Shown: positions 1 to 10,086, counted from the stretch's first letter. The stretch: DNA of 64,000 bases from Candidatus Heimdallarchaeum endolithica (GCA_021513715.1 CP084167.1:1120001-1184000); one strand, 5' to 3'. Numbers and translations are program-made. The notes: a model not told the origin generated them from the sequence alone.

Positions 1-2
1 TT

Positions 3-134
3 CCTAAATTAAAAAATGCTGAAATTTTAACACCAGTATACTGTAAAGGCTATCCAAAAGAGGAAGATTTCAAAGCGTTAGACCAGTTAGTGCAAACTAT
101 TGTAGAAAAACACAAATCCTTGAAATTACTCTAA
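3..134 (+). CDS. C-terminal end of a probable FprA-family flavodiiron protein (partial)
   Basis: Hand translation PKLKNAEILTPVYCKGYPKEEDFKALDQLVQTIVEKHKSLKLL* resembles the flavodoxin-domain tail of FprA; truncated by the window edge. Confidence 0.55.
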   Translation, partial: PKLKNAEILTPVYCKGYPKEEDFKALDQLVQTIVEKHKSLKLL

Positions 135-173
135 ATTCTACAAAGGTTTAAATAATTTATCATTAATAAATTT

Positions 174-761
174 TTATTTTTTTTCGTATATCTCATCTAT
201 AAAATTTTTTACAAAAGGCATTTTTTCTATGGATCTAACAATAGATTCCTTTTTAATATCTTCTAGAGCAACTCTATTATAGAGGTATCCTACCATAGAA
301 CCGAGTTTTTCTTTCCAAGGAGAACGAATACAAGCGATTCTATTAGTTAGTATTTGAATAGAGTATTTTTTTTGAATACTATATATTTGATTTATGTTTG
401 CAAAGGCTATTTGATTGTTAAATCGAGGTAAAGGAGAGAGAAAAAACAAAAATCGTTTTGTATTAGATGACAACTTCAAAATCCTTTGGATAATTGAATC
501 TAATAAATTCTTAGGTGGTTTGTTATTTGAATATTTTATTTTATATTGATTGATGATATCCTCTAAAATCTGATCTAATGTGAATATAGGAGAATAAGTA
601 ATATAATCAAGATCTTTTGGATTCTTTAAATCACAAGTGTAAGTTAAAACAATAAAAGCTGCTTCTTTAGGTTTTATAGGCTGCAATGCCTCAGATTCAA
701 AGCTGGTAAAAATATCACCCTGACAAAGATGGTCTGGGTGATCTTGAATTTCCAAATACAT
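174..761 (-). CDS. Hypothetical protein with QGDIF...VLTYTCDL motif (possible PemK/MazF-like fold toxin)
   Basis: ORF 174..890; likely start at ATG 761 because the upstream part overlaps the neighbouring gene; last gene of a tight 3-gene operon. Confidence 0.5.
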   Translation of the reverse strand: MYLEIQDHPDHLCQGDIFTSFESEALQPIKPKEAAFIVLTYTCDLKNPKDLDYITYSPIFTLDQILEDIINQYKIKYSNNKPPKNLLDSIIQRILKLSSNTKRFLFFLSPLPRFNNQIAFANINQIYSIQKKYSIQILTNRIACIRSPWKEKLGSMVGYLYNRVALEDIKKESIVRSIEKMPFVKNFIDEIYEKK

Positions 762-789
762 TCGAGGAAATTCCAAATGAATCAACACC

Positions 790-1167
790 CTAATCTGTTT
801 CTTCGTCATCTTCAAAGAGAGATAGAGGAAGGTGAAATTCATGGGTTCTTGCTTCAATGATCTCATTAATTTTATTAGAAAGTTTTTCAATTTCAGTTTT
901 TAATTCGTTAATTCTTTTACTTGATTCATTGACCAAAAGTTGATATTTTTCTGATAATTGAGAATACTGTTCTGATAGCTGATACAGTTTTTCTGAAAGA
1001 TATTTATTTTGTGCCTTTAGAAGTTCAATTAAACCTTTTTCGGAAATAACCTCTTCTGTTGAAGATGCATTATTATCAATTAATAAGCTAATATCATTGT
1101 CTTGAAATTCACTTGTTTTTTCTTTTTCAATATTATATTTGTTCACTTGAATTGACAAATAATTCAC
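790..1167 (-). CDS. Small coiled-coil protein with acidic tail (possible antitoxin)
   Basis: 125-aa ORF, heptad pattern, ends FEDDEETD, ATGA overlap with upstream gene. Confidence 0.55.
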   Translation of the reverse strand: MNYLSIQVNKYNIEKEKTSEFQDNDISLLIDNNASSTEEVISEKGLIELLKAQNKYLSEKLYQLSEQYSQLSEKYQLLVNESSKRINELKTEIEKLSNKINEIIEARTHEFHLPLSLFEDDEETD

Positions 1168-1889
1168 CCTTTTGTTCTCTCAATAAACTTTTTTTTAATA
1201 TTCTCTTTAAAAACTGATAAAAGTTCTTTATGTAAATTATCAATAATAGAATTGACTTTTGAAATTTCTCCTTCAATCTCTGTATAGGCATCAATATCAA
1301 TTCTGTAGGTATACTGACCTAAATTATCCTTGATAAGTAAATTCCATAAAGTTATTTTATATTTGTCTGAAGACCATCTATACTCTGATTGAAACTGGTA
1401 AGGAGGATGATTTTCTATAACATCAACAGATATCACAGGATTAAATAGTTCCAATAGTTCTTCGATAAGATCATTTTTTTCTAAAGGAATATCATTAGTG
1501 TATCTGATACCTACTCGTGTATAACGATCTATTTTACAGAGTTTAAAGAACTCAAGAAGATACTTATTAATGTCAGCTTTAAATGCATTATACCCAGGAT
1601 ATTTTGATAAGATATACACTAATCTATTTACATTTACCTTTATTTTTTTATTATTGTCTTTTGATGTAAAAATCCATTCATTCAATTCAGCAGGAGGGTT
1701 GGGAAGAATTCCTGCAAGACCACTTAAATCTATTTCTAAATTCGGAAATTCATTCCTAATCTTTGCTTGGTATTCAGGAATTTTGTTTCTTGTAATTAAT
1801 AGAGTAGGAAATCTAATATCACATGCAACTGACACTAAATAATTTGACTTTAAATTTGATAATGAGGAAACTGATTCCATTAACTTCAC
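1164..1889 (-). CDS. TIGR04255-like family protein
   Basis: LVSVACDIRFP N-terminus, YPGY..FK, RVGIRYTN and IDIDAY motifs typical of that family. Confidence 0.7.
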   Translation of the reverse strand: MKLMESVSSLSNLKSNYLVSVACDIRFPTLLITRNKIPEYQAKIRNEFPNLEIDLSGLAGILPNPPAELNEWIFTSKDNNKKIKVNVNRLVYILSKYPGYNAFKADINKYLLEFFKLCKIDRYTRVGIRYTNDIPLEKNDLIEELLELFNPVISVDVIENHPPYQFQSEYRWSSDKYKITLWNLLIKDNLGQYTYRIDIDAYTEIEGEISKVNSIIDNLHKELLSVFKENIKKKFIERTKG

Positions 1890-2234
1890 TATTATTATTA
1901 ACTAATATAATCTTCAAAAGAACTTATTTGAACCTTTTTATATTTAGTACTTGTTCTACACAAAAATTTTTTTAAATAATAAAAAAGATTGAGGAACTGT
2001 ATTCCTCCTAATTAATAGCACATCTATTGCTTTACTATTAATAGATTTCAGTAGTAATTTACAAATAAAAAGAGAAAATGGGTATTTCTTCTCTTTTCTT
2101 TTTTGTAATATTAAAAAACTAATTTTTCAGAAATTCTCTTATTTTAGAGCTTTGAAAATGTAATTCAATGAAACTTTCTAATTCTAAAAATCAAATGGTA
2201 ATAATTAAATAAGATTTATTTGAATTGACATTAA

Positions 2235-3043
2235 ATGTTAGAAAAAAATGTTTTTTTTTCTCCTTGGTCTTATTTAGCTTTTACCTTAATTTATTCCTGG
2301 TCTTTTTGGTTTATTGCTATATTCTCTAATAAAGAAGCTCTTCAATTTCCCACTGTTATCTTCTATCTTCTTGGAGAAACAGGTCCTGCTGTTGTTTTTC
2401 ATATTCTTCTCTATTTAAACAAAGAAAGTGATATGTAAGAATTTTGGAAAAGAGTTATTAATTTTTGTTGTATTAGTTTTTCTTGGTTTGGCATTATAAT
2501 AGTTGTTACTTTATCAGCTTCACTATTAGCAATTCTAATAGCTTATCTTTTTCAATTTGGTGAGAGTAATTTTACTGGAATAAGAAATTTTTTTACAGAA
2601 CCAAGTTTAATTTTTCTAACAATAAGCTTGAACCTTGTTGCTGTTTTCTTGGAAGAAGTAGGGTGGAGAGGATATGCTTTAGACAAATTACAACTTAATT
2701 TTTCTGCTTTGCTATCCAGTTTATTCCTTGGTCTCATTTGGGCTGTTTGGCATATTCCAATTTTTTTCATTAAAGGAACCTATCAAAATGAGTTAGGATT
2801 CAATAGTTATCAATTTTGGTTATTTATGTTCAACATCATAATCCAATCTATATTAATAACTTGGATATTTAACAACACTAACAGAAGCATTTTAGCAGTT
2901 ATTTTCTTTCATTTTTTTGTTAACTTCTTTGGAGAAATTTTGATTTAGGTGATAAAACAGAAATAGCAAGAGCAGTTATTTTCTTTGTCTACGCATTATT
3001 AGTAATAATTATCTTTGGCCAACAATCTTTCGTAAAAGAATAG
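2235..3043 (+). pseudogene. CPBP (Abi/CAAX) intramembrane metalloprotease, inactivated
   Basis: EEVGWRGY, WAVWH and FHFFVN motifs; ORFs 2235 and 2628 share a frame separated by TAA 2436-2438; frameshift in a T-run near 2938-2941 removes the last TM helix. Confidence 0.8.
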
Positions 3044-3183
3044 AAACTATTAAAGAACTTTTTTATTTCATTTTATTTGTTTTAGTTTCAACCTTTTAAT
3101 TTTTTAAATTAAATTATATTTGTTATTTTTAAAATGCGTTATATTTAAATACAGTTATTATACATTTAATTAGATTATTAGAG

Positions 3184-3495
3184 GTGATAAAAATCATTAA
3201 GAATAAAACTGGAATCTTCGTTAACATTAGATTTTGGACCGACTTTCCAGATACAGAAGAAGAACAAAAGCAAGCTTGGGCAGCCGGTACTCTGTATGTA
3301 AGAGCATCAGAACATCATGAAATAACATCAGAAAAATCTGTTCAATTTAACAACTTAGAAGAATTCATGATAAAGTTAGATGAAGTTTTAAAACTCAATG
3401 GAGTTAAATTAGTTATAAGGGATGAAAATGGTAATCTTGTTCCTAGATTGGGAAAGGGATATCCAAAGGGAACCTGGGCTGGAAGATATGAGTAG
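3184..3495 (+). CDS. Hypothetical protein
   Basis: 103-aa ORF, plausible composition, GAGGTGA around the start. Confidence 0.55.
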   Translation: MIKIIKNKTGIFVNIRFWTDFPDTEEEQKQAWAAGTLYVRASEHHEITSEKSVQFNNLEEFMIKLDEVLKLNGVKLVIRDENGNLVPRLGKGYPKGTWAGRYE

Positions 3496-5066
3496 ACTAT
3501 TCAGATTTCAAACTTGAATTTAAGTTGGGGAAATGTATAGAGTGTGATGTTCACGGAAAAAGTTTGAGTGAAGCTAAAAGGATGGTAATACAAACTCTTA
3601 AAGAATGTCAACAAAAGGACATAAGAATCATAGATATCATTCATGAGTTGAAATTTTACGTAATTTCTTCAGGACTCTCCCCAACCAACCAACAAACTTA
3701 GCGAAAGTTGTGAAGACTGGCTTAAGAGAACATGAAAGACACAGTCTCAATTAAGTTCTCAAAGGGGTTCATCTCCTTATCCCGGGAACTCATAACTCCC
3801 AAAGGGAAAACCGGGTGTCGTGGGAATGAAACCTACGTCTTTAAGCATATAGCTCAAGACACTAGATAAATGAGAATTAAATATATAAAGATAGCTGAAA
3901 AGTTGTTACACTCCCCAATATTTTGTATTTTTTATTTAAGCAAATGTGTTTCAGGTTGTTATTGGTCTAATAACTCCACAAACTAAAAATTTAGTTTTTT
4001 ACGTAAAAAAGTATCTCATGGTTACAAGAGGGGAAGAGTTCTAAAAGACTATTTCAAGTCGGATTCTTTTCTTAAGGAAACAAGAAAATTGGGATGTGAA
4101 CTAATATACGAAAATGATGATATTTTCTTAAATCCAGGTAGAACTAGTTATTTAATTCGATTCATAAATGGGAATGAAGAAAAGAAATCGATTCTATCAA
4201 AAGAATGGATAGGTTTTATTGCCCATAAAGAATCCGAACAAAAGACAGAAAAAGATTTTCAACAAGGCTTCTATTATATTAAAGAAGAGACACAATTTTG
4301 TGATGAAGAAGAATCAATATTGATGAGTGATAAAGAAGATGATGAACTAGAAGAAGAATACACTCTTTTCACAGATGAAAATGAACAAAAGAGAGAAGAC
4401 CAAAATAATTATGAATTCCTCAGCATCACAGTGCCTGAACGAGAGTACACGATTGATAATATTTCTCCTAAAGATAATATTGCTGATTTAATTCACGGAT
4501 TCAGATTGCGAATTCCAGAATACTCTAGTTATGATTTATTACTAGGGTTAACTTATCAGGGTTCTGGAGATCTAACACTTCGAATTTGTAAATATAATTT
4601 CTATAATCAAATGATTCTACCTAAAGATAATATTGATTTTATTAAATCTGATAAAAAATTGCATTATATACATGATTTTGCAGAGGGGTTAGAAAAAATA
4701 ATTGACAATTTTGCAACTCTTAATAAGATTAAACAAAATAAAGAAAGAAAAGTCTTAAATTCAAGTTTAAGAACAGGAACAAGTTGTTATCTTGTGTACT
4801 CCCTCTGCTATTATAAAGATAATAGACATATTGGAATAGCTTTTTATCCAATCGACAATAAAACAATTTTTCGAATCTTTAGGGTAGATCTTCCTTATTC
4901 AGCTCAATATGAAGTAAATATAAGAACAGATCATTATGGAGGGCACAAATGTATAGACATCTCTATACAAGGATTAAACTACAAAAAATTTATCATAAGT
5001 TTTAAAGAACTGTTTATGAAAATTCTTGAATATTTGGATGAAACAGATACATTATTTATACTTTGA
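3492..5066 (+). pseudogene. Smr-domain (MutS2 C-terminal-like) nuclease protein split by a 373-bp insertion
   Basis: Removing 3645-4019 restores in frame CDVHGKSLSEAK...IIDIIH/GYKRGRVLK...NPGRT, the DLHG / IHG / NxG pattern of Smr domains, running into ORF 4089..5066; start uncertain. Confidence 0.8.
3645..4017 (-). mobile_element. 373-bp non-autonomous mini-element, copy 1
   Basis: About 8 substitutions versus the reverse complement of 9110-9482; TCATG at both junctions; imperfect terminal IR GAG-N6-TTTTACGTAA; interrupts the Smr gene. Confidence 0.92.
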
Positions 5067-5392
5067 GTTTGGAAAACATTCTTTAAATTGGAAAAAAGTA
5101 TTACCTCTCACGTGTCTGATTTGTTATATCAAACTTGCGATCGCAATATATACCTTTTTCGTGGTCCCTTTGCTCCAGTAAATTGATAGAATACAGGTTT
5201 GTAACTAAGACAAAGAAGAAGATAATACAAAATCATCACACCATAGACTTTCTTGTAAGATAAGCCGTAACAAAACAGCAAAGTGCATTATTATAAGGGC
5301 ATCTAAACATTTCGATAGAAATTAGTATATAGTATAAAACAAAAAGTTAAATAATAAAGCAAACATAGACTACGTCTAAAGGCTTGAAACAA

Positions 5393-6162
5393 CTAAAGTT
5401 TACAACTTTTTAATTTCTCAAATTGTATTAACTTTGTTAATTTTTTCAATAAGAGGTAGTAGTTCTTCCCTCTTTCGTAGAAGTATTTCACTGCCACATC
5501 TTGCTCTTTTAACACTCTAGACTGTATTACTGTTGCTCCTGTTTCTTTTGCGAAATACAACTTGTTGGGTCTATCGTCAATAATTAAAGAATTTTTAGGT
5601 TCAACTCCAGCATGTTCAAACATACGTCTATAAAAAATAGTATCTTTTCCTGCTCTATTTAGGATATCTAGTCCATAAAATTCAGTAAAGAGGTGGACTA
5701 TTCCCATTCCTTTTAAATATCCTTTCAATTCCCAAGAATTTTCAGCTGAAGCCGTATATAGTTTATATCCCTGGTTAGCTAGCTCTTTAACAACTTCAAC
5801 TATTCCAGGAACAGCAGATTGTACTCTTTATCTGATCCAAACTACTGCTTCTCTGGCTAGCTTCAATGGTTTATCAGGAAATTTTTCCATTAAATCAAGG
5901 TAAACAAACTTATCTTTAATCCAGTTGAACTCTAAGAAAGATATTAGTTCTGTATAATCTATGTCAGGATCATCCTTTATTGAGTTGTAATAGTTTTTTA
6001 AGTATCTTTGAAATGCGTATTCGTTTGCTTTACTCCAATCATTTAGTGTTTTTCCATATTTAGGGCAAAAAACTCGTAAATTAGTTTTTGCCATTGTTTC
6101 TCTCTTAAACTATTATTATTCAGCACTCCTCCGTCGTCAAAGAAAATATTCTCTAATTTCAT
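5393..6162 (-). pseudogene. HAD-superfamily hydrolase, inactivated
   Basis: MKLENIFFDDGGVL from ATG 6162, YTAS and IIDDR motifs; frameshift near 6065-6072 and in-frame TAA 5828-5830 join ORFs 5828 and 5393. Confidence 0.8.
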
Positions 6163-6356
6163 CCTAAACGTCTAAATCTTTTTTGTTATTAAGATTTCCT
6201 AATTAACTCACTAGTCAATTACATATTCTTATTTAATTTGTAATAATATAAAATAATATTCTGTAACCATTTTAGTGTGCTTTATTAGAGAAATTATTGT
6301 AAAGTGTCTAGTTTAATAAGCAAAATTTATTATTCCACATATGTGTACGTGTATAT

Positions 6357-6563
6357 ATGGCTACAAAAACTATCTCGATAAAAGAGAAGGTATATAAAAA
6401 ATTAGTAGCAATGAAAAGAGAAAATGAAAGTTTTAGTCAGTTGCTTAATCATCTAGTTAACGAACAAATATCAAATGCTACTTTAGAGAAACTTAGAGGA
6501 ATTATGGAGTTCGAAGATTCAACGTCTCTAATAAAAAAAATAGAGAAAAGGAGAGAAGATTAG
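6357..6563 (+). CDS. Archaeal VapB-type antitoxin (DUF217-like)
   Basis: TKTISIKEKVYKKLVAMKRENESFSQLL signature. Confidence 0.8.
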   Translation: MATKTISIKEKVYKKLVAMKRENESFSQLLNHLVNEQISNATLEKLRGIMEFEDSTSLIKKIEKRRED

Positions 6564-6569
6564 ATACAA

Positions 6570-6599
6570 ATGATTATTTTAGACAGTGTGTTTAGATAA
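6570..6599 (+). pseudogene. Remnant of VapC/PIN toxin
   Basis: MIILDSVFR* directly after vapB resembles the PIN N-terminal strand (MIxLD[TS]); rest missing. Confidence 0.55.
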
Positions 6600-6694
6600 C
6601 CTTGATAAATTTGCGTCTTATACATTTTCTTTAAATTAAATAATGTCACTATTCTTTTAGAAGAAATTTATAAATACTAAGAATAGAAGTATCT

Positions 6695-8380
6695 ATGATG
6701 GGTAAAAGGAATTTAATAGATATTGTTAATATTGGCCCTATCGAAGAAGCAAAAATTGATATTAATAATTTAACAGTGCTAATAGGGCCAAATAATTCAG
6801 GAAAATCCTATGCAATATTATTATATCACTCTTTAATAAAAGGATTAAACGTTTTGTTAGACCAATTTCAAGCTAGAATTCTCAAAAAATTGTATGAGGA
6901 TAAATTTAACGGAAAATTTAAAGCTATAAAAAAAGATGAAGAAAAAAATCTTTTTGAATTTATTATAGAATTCTTTTGGTTCATCATTGAAGAGTTTGTT
7001 TCAAGTGATATAGCAAGTAAAACAGAAATACCTCAATTAAATAAAAATGAGTTAAAATTTTTCAAAAAAGATGGAACTTTAAAGGAAGATCCTGACACAA
7101 TTTTAAAAATATTAGCTAACGAGATTGATGAAGTATGGCAATCCCTTATTAACGAAAAGCAGAATGTTGCAGAGATATTTTATAATAGTTTATATAAGAC
7201 TTTTAGATTAGAGCCCAATCATCTAATTTCATGGGGAAGTAATGAGAATAAATCGCTTATTAAATTGTATTATGATGATTACATTTTACAGATCGAACTA
7301 TTTCCACACAGTAAAGTTACGGACACACTAAAAGTAAATATTTCATATCCTTCAGAAAATTGGAGAAGACATATAATTAATGCTATTAATGAGATTATCA
7401 AATATAAAAGAGGATACACACTGTTCTTTGAAGAAGCTCTTGATGGAATATTATTTGAAGAACATAGAACCTCTAACGGCAAATCATTAATCTATAACAC
7501 AATGAGAACATTTATCTTGCGTAACTTCATTACAAGTTTAAGGAATGAACTAGTATTAACCTTGGTTATTCCTGCAGGGAGAGGAGCATTAATACGTGCT
7601 CATGATGTTCTTACATCTGCAATTATTAAACAATCTACTACAATTGGACTTGAAGAAGCAAGTTTTCCTGGACTTATGGAGCCTATAGCTAGTTTCTTAA
7701 TTGATCTAATAAATGCTAAAGACAAATTAAAAGAACATGAGTCAAGTAAGATAAAAGCAAGTAGAGAAATAGGAAAAATATTATTGGATTTTGATAAAAG
7801 TTTATTGAAAGGAAAAATAAGTTTTGTTGATGATAAGGATCTATTAAGTTCTCTTGGTAAAGCAATATATTATGAACCCTCTAACACAAATGAAAAGATA
7901 CCTCTAAGAAATGCTTCATCAGCGATAGGAGAGCTTTCAGGACTTAGACTGTTTTTAGAATCACATCTAAATGAATTGCATAACTCAATTATTATTATAG
8001 AAGAACCAGAGGCACATCTTCATCCAGAAATGCAAATAAAATTTGTTAACAATTTAATTGATTTAAGTAAGTATGTTAAAGGCATTATTATAACTACTCA
8101 CAGTGACTACATAACTCAAGGAATAAACATTCGCATTTTAGAAGATACAGTAAATAACTTAAAAGTAAGTAAGAAAGAATTAAAAGAAAAACAACCATTT
8201 TACAAAAAAGTTTCCGTTTATTGGATGAAATTTAATGGAAATAATCAAAGCATCACTCAAAAGATAGCAGTAGAGCCCGACGGATTACAACCTGAAACTT
8301 TTCTAGATGTTATTGACGAATTGGGAAATAAAACATCATATCTATTGTCCAAAATAGACAATTATAAAGAAGAACAGTAA
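6695..8380 (+). CDS. ABC-type AAA ATPase (AAA_15/AAA_21-like, defence-associated class)
   Basis: Walker A GPNNSGKS, signature ASSAIGEL, Walker B IIIEEPEAHLHP, H-loop ITTHS. Confidence 0.9.
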   Translation: MMGKRNLIDIVNIGPIEEAKIDINNLTVLIGPNNSGKSYAILLYHSLIKGLNVLLDQFQARILKKLYEDKFNGKFKAIKKDEEKNLFEFIIEFFWFIIEEFVSSDIASKTEIPQLNKNELKFFKKDGTLKEDPDTILKILANEIDEVWQSLINEKQNVAEIFYNSLYKTFRLEPNHLISWGSNENKSLIKLYYDDYILQIELFPHSKVTDTLKVNISYPSENWRRHIINAINEIIKYKRGYTLFFEEALDGILFEEHRTSNGKSLIYNTMRTFILRNFITSLRNELVLTLVIPAGRGALIRAHDVLTSAIIKQSTTIGLEEASFPGLMEPIASFLIDLINAKDKLKEHESSKIKASREIGKILLDFDKSLLKGKISFVDDKDLLSSLGKAIYYEPSNTNEKIPLRNASSAIGELSGLRLFLESHLNELHNSIIIIEEPEAHLHPEMQIKFVNNLIDLSKYVKGIIITTHSDYITQGINIRILEDTVNNLKVSKKELKEKQPFYKKVSVYWMKFNGNNQSITQKIAVEPDGLQPETFLDVIDELGNKTSYLLSKIDNYKEEQ

Positions 8381-8393
8381 AGGAGGGGTTACT

Positions 8394-8963
8394 ATTCTTG
8401 AACAATTAAAAACTATTTACCCAAATTGTACTTGTATACAATGCAAGGAAGAAGGATTAACTGTTTATTTTACCGATAAAGAACTCCCACGGAATTATCC
8501 CCTCAAAAAATGCAAAAAGCAGATATCTGTTCTAGAAAAATTCTCAATTGATCCTCAAGGTACAACAAGAAATACAAATTGTGAATTTCCAATCTCATAT
8601 AATCAAGAAGAAATTTATCAAACAGGTTTTACTGACTTTTTAGCTGTAGTTAATAAAGAAAATAACTTTCCAGAATATTTATGCCTAATTGAACTTAAAT
8701 CTTCATTAAAAATAACAAATGAAACAGAAATGAAGAAAATAAAAAGTAAGTTTGAAAATACCCTTAAAGCTTTAAAAAACGATGGAATAAATCTAAATCT
8801 AAAAAATATTGTCTGTGTAGTATTTTATGGAAAAAAAAGATATTATCCTAAAAAATCTAAAGGAATCTTCATAAAAATGAATATCAATGTTTTCGGAACT
8901 AGTTTTCCTATATTTGAGTTGCAAAATTATAAACCATTATGCACTTTACCTATATTTGAATAA
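8394..8963 (+). CDS. Putative PD-(D/E)xK nuclease partner of the ATPase (non-AUG start)
   Basis: Frame of ORF 8730..8963 is open from 8358; AGGAGG at 8381-8386 precedes ATT 8394; contains TDFLAV...LCLIELKS. Confidence 0.65.
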   Translation: MLEQLKTIYPNCTCIQCKEEGLTVYFTDKELPRNYPLKKCKKQISVLEKFSIDPQGTTRNTNCEFPISYNQEEIYQTGFTDFLAVVNKENNFPEYLCLIELKSSLKITNETEMKKIKSKFENTLKALKNDGINLNLKNIVCVVFYGKKRYYPKKSKGIFIKMNINVFGTSFPIFELQNYKPLCTLPIFE

Positions 8964-9109
8964 GGAATTATATGTTTTTCATTATTTTGCAAGTTGATAA
9001 CCCTTCTTGTAAGGAGGTTCTAACTAGAAGAAGACCTTAAGGCAAGATAGAGTAAATTTATTGTTGATTTCATATTTTTCTTCTAATTTCTTGAAGAATT
9101 AATATCCAT

Positions 9110-9482
9110 AAGATACTTTTTTACGTAAAAAACTAAATTTTTAGTTTGTGGAGTTATTAGACCAATAACAACCTGAAACACATTTGCTTAAATAAAAAAT
9201 ACAAAATATTGGGGAGTGTAACAACTTTTCAGCTATCTTTATATATTTAATTCTCATTTGTCTAGTGTCTTGAGCTATATGCTTAAAGACGTAGGTTTCA
9301 TTCCTACGACACCCGGTTTTCCCTTTGGGAGTTATGAGTTCCCGGGATAAGGAGATGAACCCCTTGGAGAACTTAGTTAAGACTGTGTCTTTCATGTTCT
9401 CTTAAGTCAGTCTTCACAACTTTCGCTAAGTTTGTTGGTTGGTTGGGTAGAGTCCTGAAGAAATTACGTAAAATTTCAACTC
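9110..9482 (+). mobile_element. 373-bp non-autonomous mini-element, copy 2
   Basis: Same length as copy 1, inverted; junctions CCAT|AAGATAC and CAACTC|ATG. Confidence 0.92.
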
Positions 9483-9484
9483 AT
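9265..9484 (+). ncRNA. Predicted omega-RNA-like structured RNA in the mini-element (also about 3643-3862, minus strand)
   Basis: TATA-like TTTATATA 9238-9245 upstream; stems CGTAGG/CCTACG, CCCGG/CCGGG, AGACTG/CAGTCT; ATGAGTT 9334-9340 complementary to terminal AACTCAT 9478-9484. Confidence 0.6.
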
Positions 9485-9755
9485 GTTTCTGTTGGACATA
9501 AAAATGACAATTGATAGTGTTGAGTATCAAGGAAAGACAAGACCAAAACAACAACAATATGAACTTAAGCATCCAAAAGAATACAAGTTATATTGGGCAA
9601 CTTTTCCTGTAACAGACAGAAAACAAATTGAAGGCAAAGAGAAAATACAAATCTATGTTGATATAAAATTCTTCAGTAAGAAATTCAAGAGATATAAGAA
9701 ATATACAGATTTACCAGAAGAGGATTTAAAGAGGTTCATATATTCTATTCAATAA
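9483..9755 (+). CDS. Hypothetical protein (possibly C-terminal remnant of a decayed gene)
   Basis: 90-aa ORF starting at the element junction. Confidence 0.35.
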   Translation: MFLLDIKMTIDSVEYQGKTRPKQQQYELKHPKEYKLYWATFPVTDRKQIEGKEKIQIYVDIKFFSKKFKRYKKYTDLPEEDLKRFIYSIQ

Positions 9756-10086
9756 ATTATATTTTAAAAAAGAAGGATTGCAATAGTAATATAAAACTCT
9801 TCGAGTTCTTGTAGCAAACTTTCCGTTTATTGAAAATACTTTCATAAAGAAATATTAAAAATGGGATTTTTTCGAATTAAATATAAACCCCTATTAAATA
9901 ACTATTTTTTTGGATGATTTAGGTACTGAACTGAACTTCAACAATATTACACTCAAACAAGTAATTATACTTACAGTAATTAAACAAGAAGAGAGGATTA
10001 GAGCTAAAAAAAAGTAAAGAATAATATTCAAAAATAGCTTTAAGCTTTAAATAGAGTAAGCTGTTTTATATCCATTTCTCCTTTTT

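Noticed and set aside
9141-9395. 84-aa ORF inside the mini-element
   Set aside because: Copy 1 has TAA where copy 2 has CAA; no recognisable motif
3645-9482. Composite transposon or invertible segment bounded by the two inverted 373-bp copies
   Set aside because: Copy 1 sits inside a gene that is continuous on both sides, and each copy has its own junction word, so they are independent insertions
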